The notes under the pieces are model-generated. The model was not told the DNA's origin, ran no database searches, and worked only from the letters and a program-made list of their open reading frames with translations. The position numbers and the translations under genes were made by a program. A stretch of DNA of 64,000 nt from Azolla caroliniana (taxonomy: Eukaryota > Plantae > Polypodiophyta): contig JBHGNT010000008.1 in NCBI GenBank assembly GCA_043228905.1, positions 4,526,001-4,590,000 of the forward strand, given 5' to 3'. Below are positions 10,881 through 23,800 of this stretch, in pieces; the stretch's first letter is position 1, and each line of letters opens with the position of its first letter.

Positions 10881-12396
10881 TTCTTGCGAACTTCCTTGTT
10901 GTCCTGTGTTGGTTGTCTAGGTTGTTGTTGTAGACCAATACCCAATCTCCTTCTTCGATCTTCTTGGGACGCAGTCGGTGTGTCTTATCAAACCGAACCT
11001 TATTCTTCACGCGGTCTGTCTCCATTATCTTTCGTTCGTTCTCTAGGTCTTCGGGTCTTCTTTCGAGTTGCCTTATTCGTGCCGCCAATAATTCTTCCCG
11101 GTTCATCTCATTCTCCCATGGTATTGCTACCCATGAGGTGATCGTCCTCTTGATGGGCATTACTGGTTTCTGTCCATACATGAGCTCTGCTGGCATATAT
11201 CCTGTCACGGAACTGTGTGTAGTTCTATCGGCCCACAATGCATAGGGAAATAATTGCGGCCAATTCCCAACTCGACCATCGCATGCTTGTACGATGGCTT
11301 TGACTATCGGCCCATGCCCTTGCTCAATCTTCCCATTTGCTTCTGGATTATAGGCAGTTGTGAGGGAGAGGTTTACGCCTAGTCTCTCGAAGAGCTCCAT
11401 TGCTTCGTGTGCATCTAGCTCCCCTCGGTCGGCCACTATCTTTCCCACACATCCGTACCGGCAGACGACCTCTTCGAGTAGAAATTTGCATACAGTTGTC
11501 ATCGTCTTATTTGCTAAGGCTCGTCCTTCTACCTGGTTTGTCAGATCTTCCCTCGCTAGTACCAAGTACTTCATCTGTTCCACTCCCATTGGCATCAACA
11601 CCAGATCCACCATCCATTTAAAGTGTATGGTGAGTGGGTATGTTGGTCGCAACCCATCACGGTGATGTACGTTCGAATGTACTTGACAACTTTCGCATGT
11701 GGACACGAAATGTAGTACATCTTTATACATGCTCGGCCATTAGTACTTTTCATTTAGTTTTTCAAACGTTGCCCACATTCCTCTATGACCTGCCCATGGA
11801 CTTTCGTGGAATTTAGACATCAACGTTGTTTGATCATCTTTCTTCACCACTACTCATCGTGGCATCCCTGTCCTTCTCTTTGGATGCTGCCAGAGGAATC
11901 CTCCCTTCAGAAAGTACTGGTAAGCTTTCTTTCGTATTTGTAGAGCCTCCTCCTTCATCCATGAAGCATTTGCCATCATCGTTCTCAAGAATTTGCTGAT
12001 TAGTAACCACTCCCCTTCATTCTCGTTCTCGTTGAAAGCGTGGAGGGTTGGCGTGCCTCTGTCTTCTGCTGACAGTCGGGCTGCCTTGAAGAAGTCTAGG
12101 GCGACGTCTTCATCTTCCAAAATCATGTCACCTTCATCCTCGAATCTTGCTCTTGATATCATGTCAACCACGACGTTGTTCTTCCCAGCAATGTGGCGGA
12201 TCTCTGGGTTGAAAGACTTGATATACGTGATCCACCTCAGCATAGCTAGATCTGGTGTCGCACATCCGGAGATCATCACAAGGATTGGGAGGCAATCCGT
12301 TTTAATTACCACCTCTGACCCGATCAAGTAGTCCTTGTCTACCTTCACCGCAGACACAATACCCTAGAGTTCCCGCTTTACTTGGGTGTATCCTCG

Positions 12397-13911
12397 TTAT
12401 CGTTCGCTAAGGACCTTTGCTCTGAACCGGATGGCATACCGTGTGCTATCTTCTCCTTCTTGGTTGATGACCCATCCAATTTCCGTTGGACTCGTATCTA
12501 CCGTGATGTAGATGGGAATCCCTTCTTTATAGACGACTTTCCTTAAAGTTGGTGCTACCACTAGCAACCCTTTTAATCTCTTCATCGCCTCTGTGTGTAT
12601 CGATTCCCATTTGAATTTTCTCCCTTTTTTCAGTAAACTATACAAGGGTTGAGCTACATGAGCATAGTGCGGAATCCAAATGTGGTAGAATGCACATGCT
12701 CCTAAGAATCTTCGGACCTCTGTTTGCGTTCCACATTCCTCTCGTATCTCTTGAATCGCATTCACCTTCTCGGGAGAGGGTTTTCGTCCGTATGGTCCAC
12801 AAAGATGTCCCACCACTAAGATCTCGCGTTGGCCAAATGCTAATTTTTCTCCGGAGAATGTGAGCCCTGCACCTTCTAGTCTTTCTAGCACTCTTCCACA
12901 GTCTTTAATATGGTTTGAGACAAATCTTCGACATCCATCTTGATCAAAAGACTCATCCTTCTCTGATTCGGGGCACCCCTTTATAGGGATATCATTGAGG
13001 AAAGGCATCGTAATATATGGGATGTAGTCTATTAGTACTTTGTTCATGGCATTCATCATGTGGGCCACTGAGTTAGTTACCCCTTGCGGTAATGTACACA
13101 TCCTTACTAGCCAGATGGGAGTCCGTATCGTTGTGATGTCTTGGTCGTATCCAGAATACAAGTCTCCAATCGAGTAAATCGACCTTCCTGCAAAAGCTTC
13201 AACAAACTCATCAACACTAGGTCCAATACCAACATTACGAATGATGATCTTGTTTACCGGTTGCAGATCTTGGATAAATCGAAGCGCTCCATTCTTTTTC
13301 GGCACTGTGAACCACCTATTTGCATAAGGCGCATTAGATGGCTCAATGATTCCCATTCTAATCTTTTCTTTTAACAACTCCAACAATCTTGGAATGTGAG
13401 CTCTTGGAACGGGAATTGGCTTCAAGTTCCATGGCACATGGGGTATTGTAAAGATAACCATTGGTTCCACAAGCGTTGGGTCAACATATCCAATTTCTTG
13501 CGGGGAAAAGGTAAATGCTTTCCCGTGTTGCTCCAAAATTTCCCGGAACTTGGACTCTTCTTTGGGAAGCAAAAACTCACCCCCACCAACTTTGAGCTTC
13601 CGTCGAGTTTCGTCTGTGAAGACATGCCCTACTCCTTTTGGGTCTCTAAGGCACGGATCTCGTGCTACCTCCTTTATTCGCAGCCAATTGTCTTCAGGCA
13701 AGGGAGTAGCCATAGGTTTGACCTTCTTATCCACAGTCTTGTATTTGGTATTAACTTTGACTTCATCCGTCGTGACACCTTGTTCGTATTCGTTAATGGT
13801 GGTGTATAAGGCGACAAAGTTGATTGGAATCATTTTGTTGACTTGCAGTTTCGATTCAATGATGAATTTCTCCATTTCCCCAAGAGTATCATCAATTGAT
13901 ATCATCTCCAT
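12397..13911 (-). CDS. gypsy B reverse transcriptase region (pol fragment)
   Basis: FTVPKKNGALRFIQDLQPVNK, DLYSGYDQ, LPQGVTNSV, PFLNDIPIKG (catalytic DD degenerated to ND). Confidence 0.85.
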   Translation of the reverse strand: MEMISIDDTLGEMEKFIIESKLQVNKMIPINFVALYTTINEYEQGVTTDEVKVNTKYKTVDKKVKPMATPLPEDNWLRIKEVARDPCLRDPKGVGHVFTDETRRKLKVGGGEFLLPKEESKFREILEQHGKAFTFSPQEIGYVDPTLVEPMVIFTIPHVPWNLKPIPVPRAHIPRLLELLKEKIRMGIIEPSNAPYANRWFTVPKKNGALRFIQDLQPVNKIIIRNVGIGPSVDEFVEAFAGRSIYSIGDLYSGYDQDITTIRTPIWLVRMCTLPQGVTNSVAHMMNAMNKVLIDYIPYITMPFLNDIPIKGCPESEKDESFDQDGCRRFVSNHIKDCGRVLERLEGAGLTFSGEKLAFGQREILVVGHLCGPYGRKPSPEKVNAIQEIREECGTQTEVRRFLGACAFYHIWIPHYAHVAQPLYSLLKKGRKFKWESIHTEAMKRLKGLLVVAPTLRKVVYKEGIPIYITVDTSPTEIGWVINQEGEDSTRYAIRFRAKVLSER

Positions 13912-14204
13912 GTACTCGTTTATTACCTATTCCTCGCTCATAATCTCGATTTCTCTAAGTTGTTCCTCTAGGATTCCTATTTCAATATCTCCTCTATTTA
14001 TGTTGTTAAATTTACACACCCCATTTTCAGAAAACAAGACTTCATTTTCATTAATGGGGTGACAACTTTTATTACACTGAATTGGGGACATAGTTAAATG
14101 TCCCGAACTATTGTTGTCCCTCTCCCTAATAGCCTGAATTAAAAATCCTCCCTAACTTCTTTGCCTAAGCTATGCCTATTCCTTTCATGGTTTGGTCGTA
14201 CCGT

Positions 14205-15594
14205 TGTCGTGTGAATCTTCACACACTATGTAAAAAAATAATGAAATAATTATTATAGATTAGATTAGTAGCTTACTGTAGAAAGATGGATATACTCAAG
14301 AGCTTCAAAATGTATTTTACAATATACAAAATGGAGAAAACATATCAAGTTATGTGAAAATAAAGTTTTGAGAAGATAGGGAAATTAGAACTATCCCACA
14401 TAGATAGGAAAGTTAAGGCCCTAGCTATATAAGCACCTTGAGCTCCCTCATTTTTCATTTGTGCTAAGAGCACTTTGGCCACTTTGTCTTAATGGATGAT
14501 GGTGGCCAAATTCCCTAAAACCGGAAACTGGCTGGTAAACAAATCCGGAAACCGGCCGGTAAGCAAATCCGGAAACCAGTCCGGTAAGACCGGCACTGGA
14601 ACCGGTCGGCAAGCAAAACTGGAACTAGAACCGGCAAGCAAATCGGAACCGGTTGGCAAGCAAAACCGGAACCAGAATCGACAAGCAAACCGGAAATTGG
14701 CCGGTAAGCAAAACTGGAATCGGCCAGCAAGCAAAACTGGAACCGAAACCGGCAAGCAAACCGGAATCGGCTGGCAAGCAAAACCGGAACCGCAACCGTC
14801 CGGCAAGCAAAACTGGAAACTGACGGTAAGTAAAACCGGAACCGGAACCGACAAGCAAAAAGGAACCGGCCGGCGAGGGATTCGGCGATCGGGCGGAACC
14901 GGCTACCGGACGAGGTTGGACGCGGACGGACGGAAGATGGGATCAAGCAACAAACTAAAGTAAAGTGAAGAGAACTAAAGTAAAGGCCATGTGGACGCAA
15001 GCAACTAAAGTTGGAGTGCATGCAAAAAGTAAAGGTCATGTGGATGGTCACATGCAACTAAAAGAAAAAACTAGGCAACTAAAAGTAGAGCCCATGCAAT
15101 AAAAAGTGGAAAGGCTATGATCAAGGGAGAACTCTATATATATTCCATTTTTTTTTCTTACATAAAAAACTCTCTATATTATCTTAATTTTCTTTTCCTT
15201 CTCAACTCCCTTATCTTAGGGAAGCCATATCTGTCATAAACCCTAATCTTCCCTACGGAAGCCATAACACTCAAAAACGTTAATCTTCCCTACGGAAGCC
15301 ATAATACTCATATAACCATGATCTCTTATGAAAGCCAAGAACCCTAAATCTCTATGGAATCCATATCTTAATTTCCTCTAATCTATTATTCTAGTAATCT
15401 CCTTAAAATAAAACTTTTGTAATCCCAATCTTGGGATTGATTGTAATTTTTCTTTCCACTTGTTAATGAAATTTGTTAATCTTTCTCATTTCGGTTAATT
15501 CTTAGTACATAAATACATGAATTTGATATCCTCTAGTCAAAGGCCCCGGGGTCTTGCCTCAACGTTCACGTATCCTTGTCGTATTTTCGCGACA
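14205..15594 (+). repeat. gypsy solo LTR with internal AACCGGCAAGCAAA-type tandem repeats (14517-14870)
   Basis: TGTCGTGTG...CGCGACA; TSD CCGT at 14201-14204 and 15595-15598. Removal restores VQFLTV|RPNHERN. Confidence 0.88.
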
Positions 15595-17678
15595 CCGTGA
15601 GGAATTGAACTGAGCTTGTCCCAACATATGCTGAACCATTACCAAGTACATTTGTCTCCATTCGGGATGTTGTTATGTAAGGCTTGCCAAGGATGACAGG
15701 ATGTGATGCCGATTCCTGTACAAAAAAGTGTTGATCGTGCTCAATGTCACCAATAGTTACCTTAACGTTAGGGCAAGCCCCATGAAGCTCTTCCATCACC
15801 CTAGTTGCCGCTCGAATCTTCCACCCATGCTTAGTATTAATGGGCCAATGACCCTTTCGATAGAAGTCAAGAGACATGAGGTTGATCTCCGAGCCATGAT
15901 CAATGAGCGCCACCACCGAATCTTTCAAATCACCCATCTGCATCAGTGTCTCGGTAGTAGCCCTAGCCCAATGCGGCCTTGCAAAATGGCTATCGACAAA
16001 TTCTTGTTCAATTTCGAGACCTTCCGTTGTGATAGCGCTCTTCGAGACATTTGTTGGTCTAGTCCCTTCTTCACTTGTCATTAGTCTCTTCCTTTTTATT
16101 AAGTCAATGATGACATCATGAAATTCTTTCTTTGCAATTCCTAAGACCTCTCGTAGTGTGAACTCGATTCGGCTATCCAGGATTCTTTCTTCCATCACAC
16201 GCTTAAGGTCGGTGGATTGCTCTATCTTCGAGCGTAGTTTGAACGTTGGTCCGATTCTTTCCTTCCCTCTTTCGGTTATCGTTTGGGGCAGTGATGATTC
16301 CTCCCTTCTTCGAACAACTTCTCTTGTGTCATGTTTCTTTGAAGGGCTTGATTGGTCATCTGTTCTTTTTCATTTCTCTTCAACTAGGACGTCGTAATTT
16401 TGACACATGGCCTCGACGAAGCTAGACTTCTCCTCCATAGGGTTCTCCCATCTTGTCATTTCTTGGACTCTTCGTTCTACTTTGAGTGCCTCGTTCATGC
16501 AGAGCTTCCCTTTTTCGACTTGATTCAATATGATCGGCCAAAACTCTCCTACTTGAGATTCTTGGGCTCTCGTCTCGTGTCCAGCTCGAATTCCAACAGA
16601 TGAGGAATAGTAAACACTATTCACTTTCTTTTCTTCCATTTCGTCCATCAACTTCTTCATACCTCCTCGGCCGAAGTTGGTATTGAGAGGACGTTGTGTC
16701 ACCGAGGAGTGAATCCGATTGTTGGAGAGATAAATGATATCTCGTCGGAGGGAATTTTGGAATTCTGAGCAATCTCTCCGCTGGTGTTCCAAGGAGTCAC
16801 ACCAAATACACCTGCGGGGAAAGTCCAGGCAATGACCTGGAAAAATTTGAGTTTCCTCCTTTCTAATTTGAGAAATTCTTAGATCTCGAAGCATGTCTAC
16901 AAGTTCATCCATTCTGGCTCCATCTATGGGCTGAGCCACCATCATCCCTCGGTCTTTGGGCTTGTGGTTCTTGTCTCGCGTTGTGATCTTGCCGGCCAAT
17001 CTAAGCTGCAACATTCGATCTTGTCTCGTTGTCCCATTGTTGATGCTTATCAAAACGTCCACATGCTCTCTTCACAGCTGCCCAATAAGAAATGAGGCCT
17101 TCATCATTCTCTAATAGTAGTCCTAGATCTCTTCGATCTTTTTCATCTACTGATTTGATAAATAGGAGCACCTTGCTAGAATCGAGAATCGTTTTGTCAA
17201 GTGCAGGCAGATGATCAAATCTTTGCTCGAACTCCTAGAGCGTTGCACTCGCACTCAACTCTTTGTTAGAAGACTCCGCCCAGTCCATTAAATCTTTCTT
17301 TGTCATTCAAGATGAGTCACCAAACCCATATTCTTCAAGTAAACTTTGTTCGAAAGATGACCATTCAGGATTGGCCTCTTGTAGCTCTATGACCCGAGAG
17401 TAAAGACTTGAAGTTACAATCCTTGAGAAGCTTGCCACTTGTCTTGCCATAGAAATACCCTTTTTTTGCATTTCTGTTTTGTAGGTTTCAAGGTATCGTG
17501 TCACATCTCTACCATCAAAGCATCCGTTGGCATCCACGATCCTATTGATGGCAATGTCAAGGCCTGTGACGTTGTCTCTCTCCTGAAGCATTTGGTCCAT
17601 CATCCGCGCCATTGCTTGTGCTAGACTATCATTAGAGTCTCTAGCACTTGAAGTTCCGACCATCCTCCCTTGCCGTTC

Positions 17679-17697
17679 TTCACGTCGGGTTCACCAA
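17679..17697 (-). promoter_or_regulatory. primer binding site complementary to the tRNA-Trp 3' end
   Basis: TGGTGAACCCGACGTGAA matches the plant tRNA-Trp 3' end (...TTCACGTCGGGTTCACCA). The same PBS occurs at 21637 and 33301. Confidence 0.85.
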
Positions 17698-17857
17698 TTG
17701 ATGTCACGGGAATCCGCGCTTGCGGGTCGGTCGAACGGGACCACCGGGGTCTTTGACCAAGGAGGATGGATCGGGTGACTTGTGCTTGTAAGGAATCGAC
17801 CGTTGTTTAGCTTTACAATCGGGTCGTTCTTGTTGTTGAAGATGCTTGTGTGGGTTG

Positions 17858-17893
<36 letters not shown>

Positions 17894-19873
17894 AAGAGAT
17901 TGTGAAAATATTTACTGCACCACAAAGATGTCGTGAAGCAAACGACACATGTGCCAAACGTTGCGATGTGCGCGTTACACGTGCGCAGACAAGCACAGGC
18001 CTCTATCCGCAAGTGGTGATGGAGGAGCGAAAGGATCATTCAAGACAATGGAACGGCGAAAGGACTAGCGCATGCAAGAAGTATTAAAGATAGATTGATA
18101 TGGATGAGAATTCCAATTCCGGGTTTGAACTTTTGACTTCAAAGTTGAGATACAAGACCCATTGCCAATGAGATAACTAGGATTTATTAATTATTATTAA
18201 TTGCATACATTACTTGATTTCTTTTCTCTTCCTCTCCTTCTTATATAGATGTCCCCATGCATATGTGCATTGAGGGTGTAGTACATGCATATAATGGATG
18301 AAATGCATGCAATGCATGATTGCTATTTGGCGCTCATGCATCATATGCAATGCATGATGACCATGTACCTCATCCAAGCTCTCATGTACCAGCAGTTCGT
18401 GTGAAAAGTACGATGAAGAAAACAAGTTTTGAAAGAAATAACCTAGTCTAATGGTATGACAATTGCCTCCTATCTTAGAGGTGTAAGGTTCAAACCCTTT
18501 TGCCCAGTATGACTTCGGCATGTGCTTTTCGCTCATCATGGCCTGTGCCACTTCGAGGATGTGTCAATTCTTTCATTCGGCCACTCCGTTTTGTTGTGGC
18601 GTATGTGGACACGAAAACTCTCACCGAATTCCTTCTTTCCGTAGATACACCGTAAACTCATCTGAGAAATATTCCTTGCCTCCATCCGATCGAAGGCATC
18701 GTACGTGTCGACTCATAGCTTTTTCGACTCCACTCTTGAATTTTTGGAAGTGTCTGAACACTTCGCTCTTTTGCCGCATTGGGTAGATCCAAGTGTGCTT
18801 AGAGAAGTTGTCGATAAAGGTCACATAGTATTGGCATCCGCCGAATGTCTCCGTTTGAGCTGGTCCCCATACATCGGAATGAATTACGTCGAGTACGCCT
18901 GTGCTTACATTCCTCTCCTTCGGAAATGGATGCTGATGTTGCTTGCCGAATTGGCAAGCCGCACATACGCCTTCAATCTCTCTCTCTTTGAAGGCCAGGA
19001 GTCCGATGACGACTCCTTTCGATTGCATCGCCTTGAGCTTTTGAAGGTTGATGTGGCCAATCCGCTTGTGCTATAACTCTATGTCAGACTCGACTTTCAT
19101 GCCTTTTGTGAACATGGCTGATTTCATCTCGTGCAAGTCGAGAATGAACATTCATCCGCGCGCGATGAGTTGGCCCTCTTTTTTGATGAAGCAACTGCCA
19201 TGATTAAATCAAACTTGCATTCCTTGCTCTATAGTTTGGCCGACGGAGACCAAATTCTTCGTGATAGTTGGTACATGCAAGACATTTTTAATGTAAGTTT
19301 GTTTACCTTCTTCTTCGAACGGAACATTGCCGATGTGCCGAATCAGATGCGTAGTGTTATCTCCGGTTTTGACATAGCTAGGTCGTTCCGGCTCTCGAAG
19401 TTCTCGGAATCATTCTTGATGAGACGTCATATGGTTCGAGGCACCGGAGTCGAGGAGCCATACGTCTTCCAGACCTGAGGCACTAGTTTAAGTAGAAGCC
19501 GACATAGAATTTGCTCTATGTCTCATCACGAACATTCCGCCACGATCGTCATAGTCGGAGTTGGTGGCGGAGTTGGTGAGTTGTCGGCTAGTGGAAGCCA
19601 ACTCACGTATCTTCTTTCGACATTCTTCTTCGTGGTGACCGATTTTTCTGCAATATCCGCATTCGACCGAGTTTTGTCGGGTTGGACCGGAATGGAAGCT
19701 CCCCCTTCTTCCGAAGGTTCCTCGATGGCTTCCGTCTTGATGCCGTAATTGAGAGTTGTTTTCGTAAATCGGACCTCGTCCGCCTTTTGCTTCGACGAAT
19801 CGGCCTCTTCTTGCACGACCGCGTCCTCCTTTTTCATCCAAATGCATGTAGAGCATGTGGCCTTCCGAGGCGT

Positions 19874-20425
19874 TGTCGCGCCTTTCGGCGCCGGATCATT
19901 TGCGTGAGTCGGGTGGGAACCGCTGGGGTTTTCGAATCAACAACCCCTATACATCTTCCTCTCTTCCTTATATAGTGTTGGAAGATAAGTTTATCACATG
20001 CAAGCATCATGCTTTTCCTAACTTTAGTTTTCATGCACACTGCATGTGCATGATTAGCTGTCTATCCCATCTTTTTCTTTTTAACTCGAGTGTGTATGCA
20101 TGAATAACTTTTTGTACCATGCATATCTAGAATATTTACATGGGATAAAGTTTAGTATAATTTTAAAATTCATAATATGCTAGTATAGTGGTAAGGCTTA
20201 AAAATTATTAACATGGAGGTACAAGGTTCGAATCCTGCCCTATGCATGTAACAATCTTTTCTTCTATCTACAAATTTATCTCTTTATCCGGTGAGACTCT
20301 CACTGGCCTTCTTTATCCGCTCTTGCCGGTTCTGCTTGATCCGATGCTTACCGGTTCTCCTTACCGATTCCATCCGAAGGGACAAAAATGTAATTTTCAC
20401 GTAGTGTGCGAATTACACTACGATA
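19874..20425 (-). repeat. gypsy solo LTR (family related to element C)
   Basis: TGTCGCGCCTTTCGG...CTACGATA; flanks GCGT/ACGT; termini match the reverse complement of the element C LTR. Confidence 0.8.
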
Positions 20426-20861
20426 ACGTTGCTCTGTGTTGGAACATGATTCTCTTCGACCAATAACATGGATTGAAGATCAAAGAAGGAGGGCGGATTC
20501 TCCCGTGCTAGTACGGCGGTCTGCATCGTGCCAAACCGTGGTGCAAGGCCGCCGAGGCATATTTACACCATTTCGTCATCCTCCACATTGATGTTTATCG
20601 AGCCGAGTGCATCACAAAGCTCCTTGATCTTCAAGGTGTAGCTTGTGATGGACATATCCCATTGTTGGATGTTGTTCAACTCTTGGTGGAGTTCAAGCTT
20701 TCTCGTGGTCGTGTTGGCGGCGAAAATCTTTCGTAGATTCTCCCACGCTTCCTTCAGCGTCTCGGCTTCTCGATTGTAGTTGAGCATGTGGTCGTGAACA
20801 CATGTCGCCAAGCAATACATCACTCGGCTTGCCGCTTGCTCCCAAGTTGTATAGTCGACGT

Positions 20862-23800
20862 TGTCGTAGTGTATTTTGTACACTACGTGAAAAACTTATA
20901 AAGTACCAATTTAATAAATATGAATAAATAGTAGAAAATATTAAAATTTATATAACATGCATAGGGCAAGATTCGAACCTTGCACCTCCATGTTAATAAT
21001 TTAATGTCTTACCATTACACTAGCATTTCATTTGTGTTTAAAAATAGATGTTCCACATAGAAAGCTTAGTTCACCTAGGATAAACTTTAGTTAAAAGAAA
21101 ACGCATGCTAAAAGAAAAAGCTACACATGCACATCTAGCGTGCATGAACGCTATAGTTGATAAAAAAAACGCACAAGTTAGAAAAAGCATGATCACTTTA
21201 GATAAAGCATATAGTCTATCTATAGGAAAAGCATGGAGTCTATAGTTAGAAAAAAAAAAAAAAGCATGGACTCCCTCATCACTACATAAGGATGGGGAGC
21301 ACAATGTAATAGGTGTGTGAAAAATATTTGGGAAATTGGATATATTTCCTAAAACACCAATTAATATAATCGTGGGATTCACGAAAATAATATAATCTAT
21401 ACTTGTGGGATTCACAAGTTTCTTATATCTTTCTTTCAATGTAAATACATATTCTTATCTAAATATTGATTAATCGAATACAATACACTCGTGGGATTCA
21501 CGAAATTTCTATCTCTCTTTCTAATAATCTATTCATTACTAGCCTCATCTCATATTCTTCTTTCTCCTAGTCCAAAACCTCGGCGGTTCCCACCCGACTC
21601 ACGCAAACGATCCGGAGCCGAAAGGCACGACACAGTTGGTGAACCCGACGTGAAGACGGGTGGCAAGGAGATGGAGAATCAACAAGAGGCGATGAACATG
21701 ATGATGATGATGTTCGAGAGAATGCTACAAGAACAACGCGAGATGTCGGAGATCACGACAGTAGTACAACGGCTCGTGCAACAGAACGGGCAATTCGATG
21801 GAAAGGACGTGTCACGCTATCTACGTGACTACAAAATGGAGATGTTGCGATATGGTATCTCAGAAAGATTGCAAGTGTTATCTTTCAACCGGGTGGCTAC
21901 GGATGAGCTTCAAGAGAGAATCCACGAGATACGGCAACAAAGCCCGATGTGGGAGTCCTTTGAAGAAGCTATACGAGACACATATGACTATCTAAGACCG
22001 AAGCGGACGAGGACATGGTCCACGAACGACGGTCAACAGTGGGTGAAAAGCGGCCACCGACTACCACCGAAGGAGAGCTTGATGCGGAAGGGTTCGGAGA
22101 TGCATGAAAAGTCGCAAGTCGACATTGAAGGGGAGCTTAAAACCGAACCAAAGTCGAGGCCAACAAAGGACGAGGAGGAGGAAGATTGAGGACGAAAGGG
22201 TATCCCCACACCGGTTCCAGAGACTTCGGCGGTTGTGCCCGTGCACCAACGTGAGACCGGAGAGACGGAATGTGTCGGCGGAAAAGTGGAGGACCGGAAG
22301 GGCAACGAGGAAGACAAAGTAAATGAGCACGAACGAAGGGATTCCTTCACCATTGTTTCGGAGACTTCGGTACTCGAGCCCGGGTGTCGACATAACACCG
22401 AAGATAAGGAAAGTGGCGGCAACGAAACGAAGGTCGAAGCCGATGCATACAAAGGAGAGATAGCCAAGGAGAACATGGCTATGGGTGAAACAACGGAAGA
22501 TGATAATACCGAGGATTCCTACCCACTAATTCTAGAGACTTCGGCGGTTGTGTCCGAGAACCAACGTGAGACCGGAGAGACGGGAGGTGGCAGCAAGGAA
22601 GGTAAAGTCGGAAGCCGGTTCGGATGGAAGATGATCCATCTGAAATTCCGATGTAAACAAAAGCATGACAACGCGAAGGTCGGGTCTACGATGGGAGAAG
22701 CATGTAATACGGAGCACGCACTACGGCACCAAAAGAAGCACGTGCTACGGCGTAAAAAGAAGCACGCGCTACGGTGCAAAAAGAAGCATGCACTACGGGG
22801 TAATACGACGCATGCACTACGATGGAATACGAAGCATGCGCTACGGCCTAATACGACGCATGCGCAACATCGAGAAATAAAGCATGCATTAAAGCCGCAC
22901 AAGGACCTAACAGCGAGCGCGTATTCGGAGGTCAACATCGACGCGTGGGTAGAACCTACGGAAGACAAGCGCGGAGTGGAGAGAGACAACACACAGAGAT
23001 GCTCAAGAGTACCACAAGGGACCATGACAACCACTCATGGCAATGCAAAGAATGAACGAAGATTATGGTGGATCGGATGGCGACAATGGTTCGGGTGGAA
23101 AGATTGGATGTGCTCAAAATGGAGAGACAAAGCCGACATAGCAAGAGAAATGGAGGGTACTACAAGTAAAGATGAATTACGAGGGCCGGTAATTGGAGAC
23201 TGGATAGAGCCTGCAACCGAACAAAACTGGAAACCGGGCGAAGTCGACAACCAAAAACGGGAGACCGAATGGGGCCGACAACCAAAAATGACCAGCGACG
23301 AAACCAACCATGCGGAGAATGGACGGACGAGACTAACAATCACCGACAACTTCGGCACATACCGGAGGATGTGCGGGTTCGGAGGGGGCGAGTGTCGTAG
23401 TGTATTTTGTACACTACGTGAAAAACTTATAAAGTACCAATTTAATAAATATGAATAAATAGTAGAAAATATTAAAATTTATATAACATGCATAGGGCAA
23501 GATTCGAACCTTGCACCTCCATGTTAATAATGTAATGTCTTACCATTACACTAGCATTTCATTTGTGTTTAAAAATAGATGTTCCACATAGAAAGCTTAG
23601 TTCACCTAGGATAAACTTTAGTTAAAAGAAAACGCATGCTAAAAGAAAAAGCTACACATGCACATCTAGCGTGCATGAACGCTATAGTTGATAAAAAAAA
23701 CGCACAAGTTAGAAAAAGCATGATCACTTTAGATAAAGCATATAGTCTATCTATAGGAAAAGCATGGAGTCTATAGTTAGAAAAAAAAAAAAAAGCATGG

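Larger units (their letters stand above)
1430..18498 (-). mobile_element. Ty3/gypsy element B, tRNA-Trp primed (non-chromovirus type), degenerate
   Basis: 3' LTR 1430-2360 (TGTCACGG...CACGACA) with PPT at 2361-2372. INT 2361-2651 plus 10885-11730; RH ~11854-12357; RT 12397-13911; protease (LIDHGSEIN) ~15900; gag to ~17663. PBS at 17679-17697. 5' LTR 17702-18498 is truncated and is homologous to 1430-2170. Confidence 0.9.

Noticed and set aside
14489-15057. Overlapping ORFs in LTR repeat tracts (also 24827-25339, 53880-54719, 26880-27168, 6550-6855)
   Set aside because: They are open only because of low-complexity tandem repeats or microsatellites and have no protein motifs.
20181-20240. Functional tRNA gene
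   Set aside because: A/B boxes and a T-arm are present, but there is no acceptor stem or canonical anticodon arm, and the motif is part of LTRs.
22235-23458. env-like gene in element C
   Set aside because: No signal peptide or hydrophobic transmembrane segment is evident, and it is in frame with gag.
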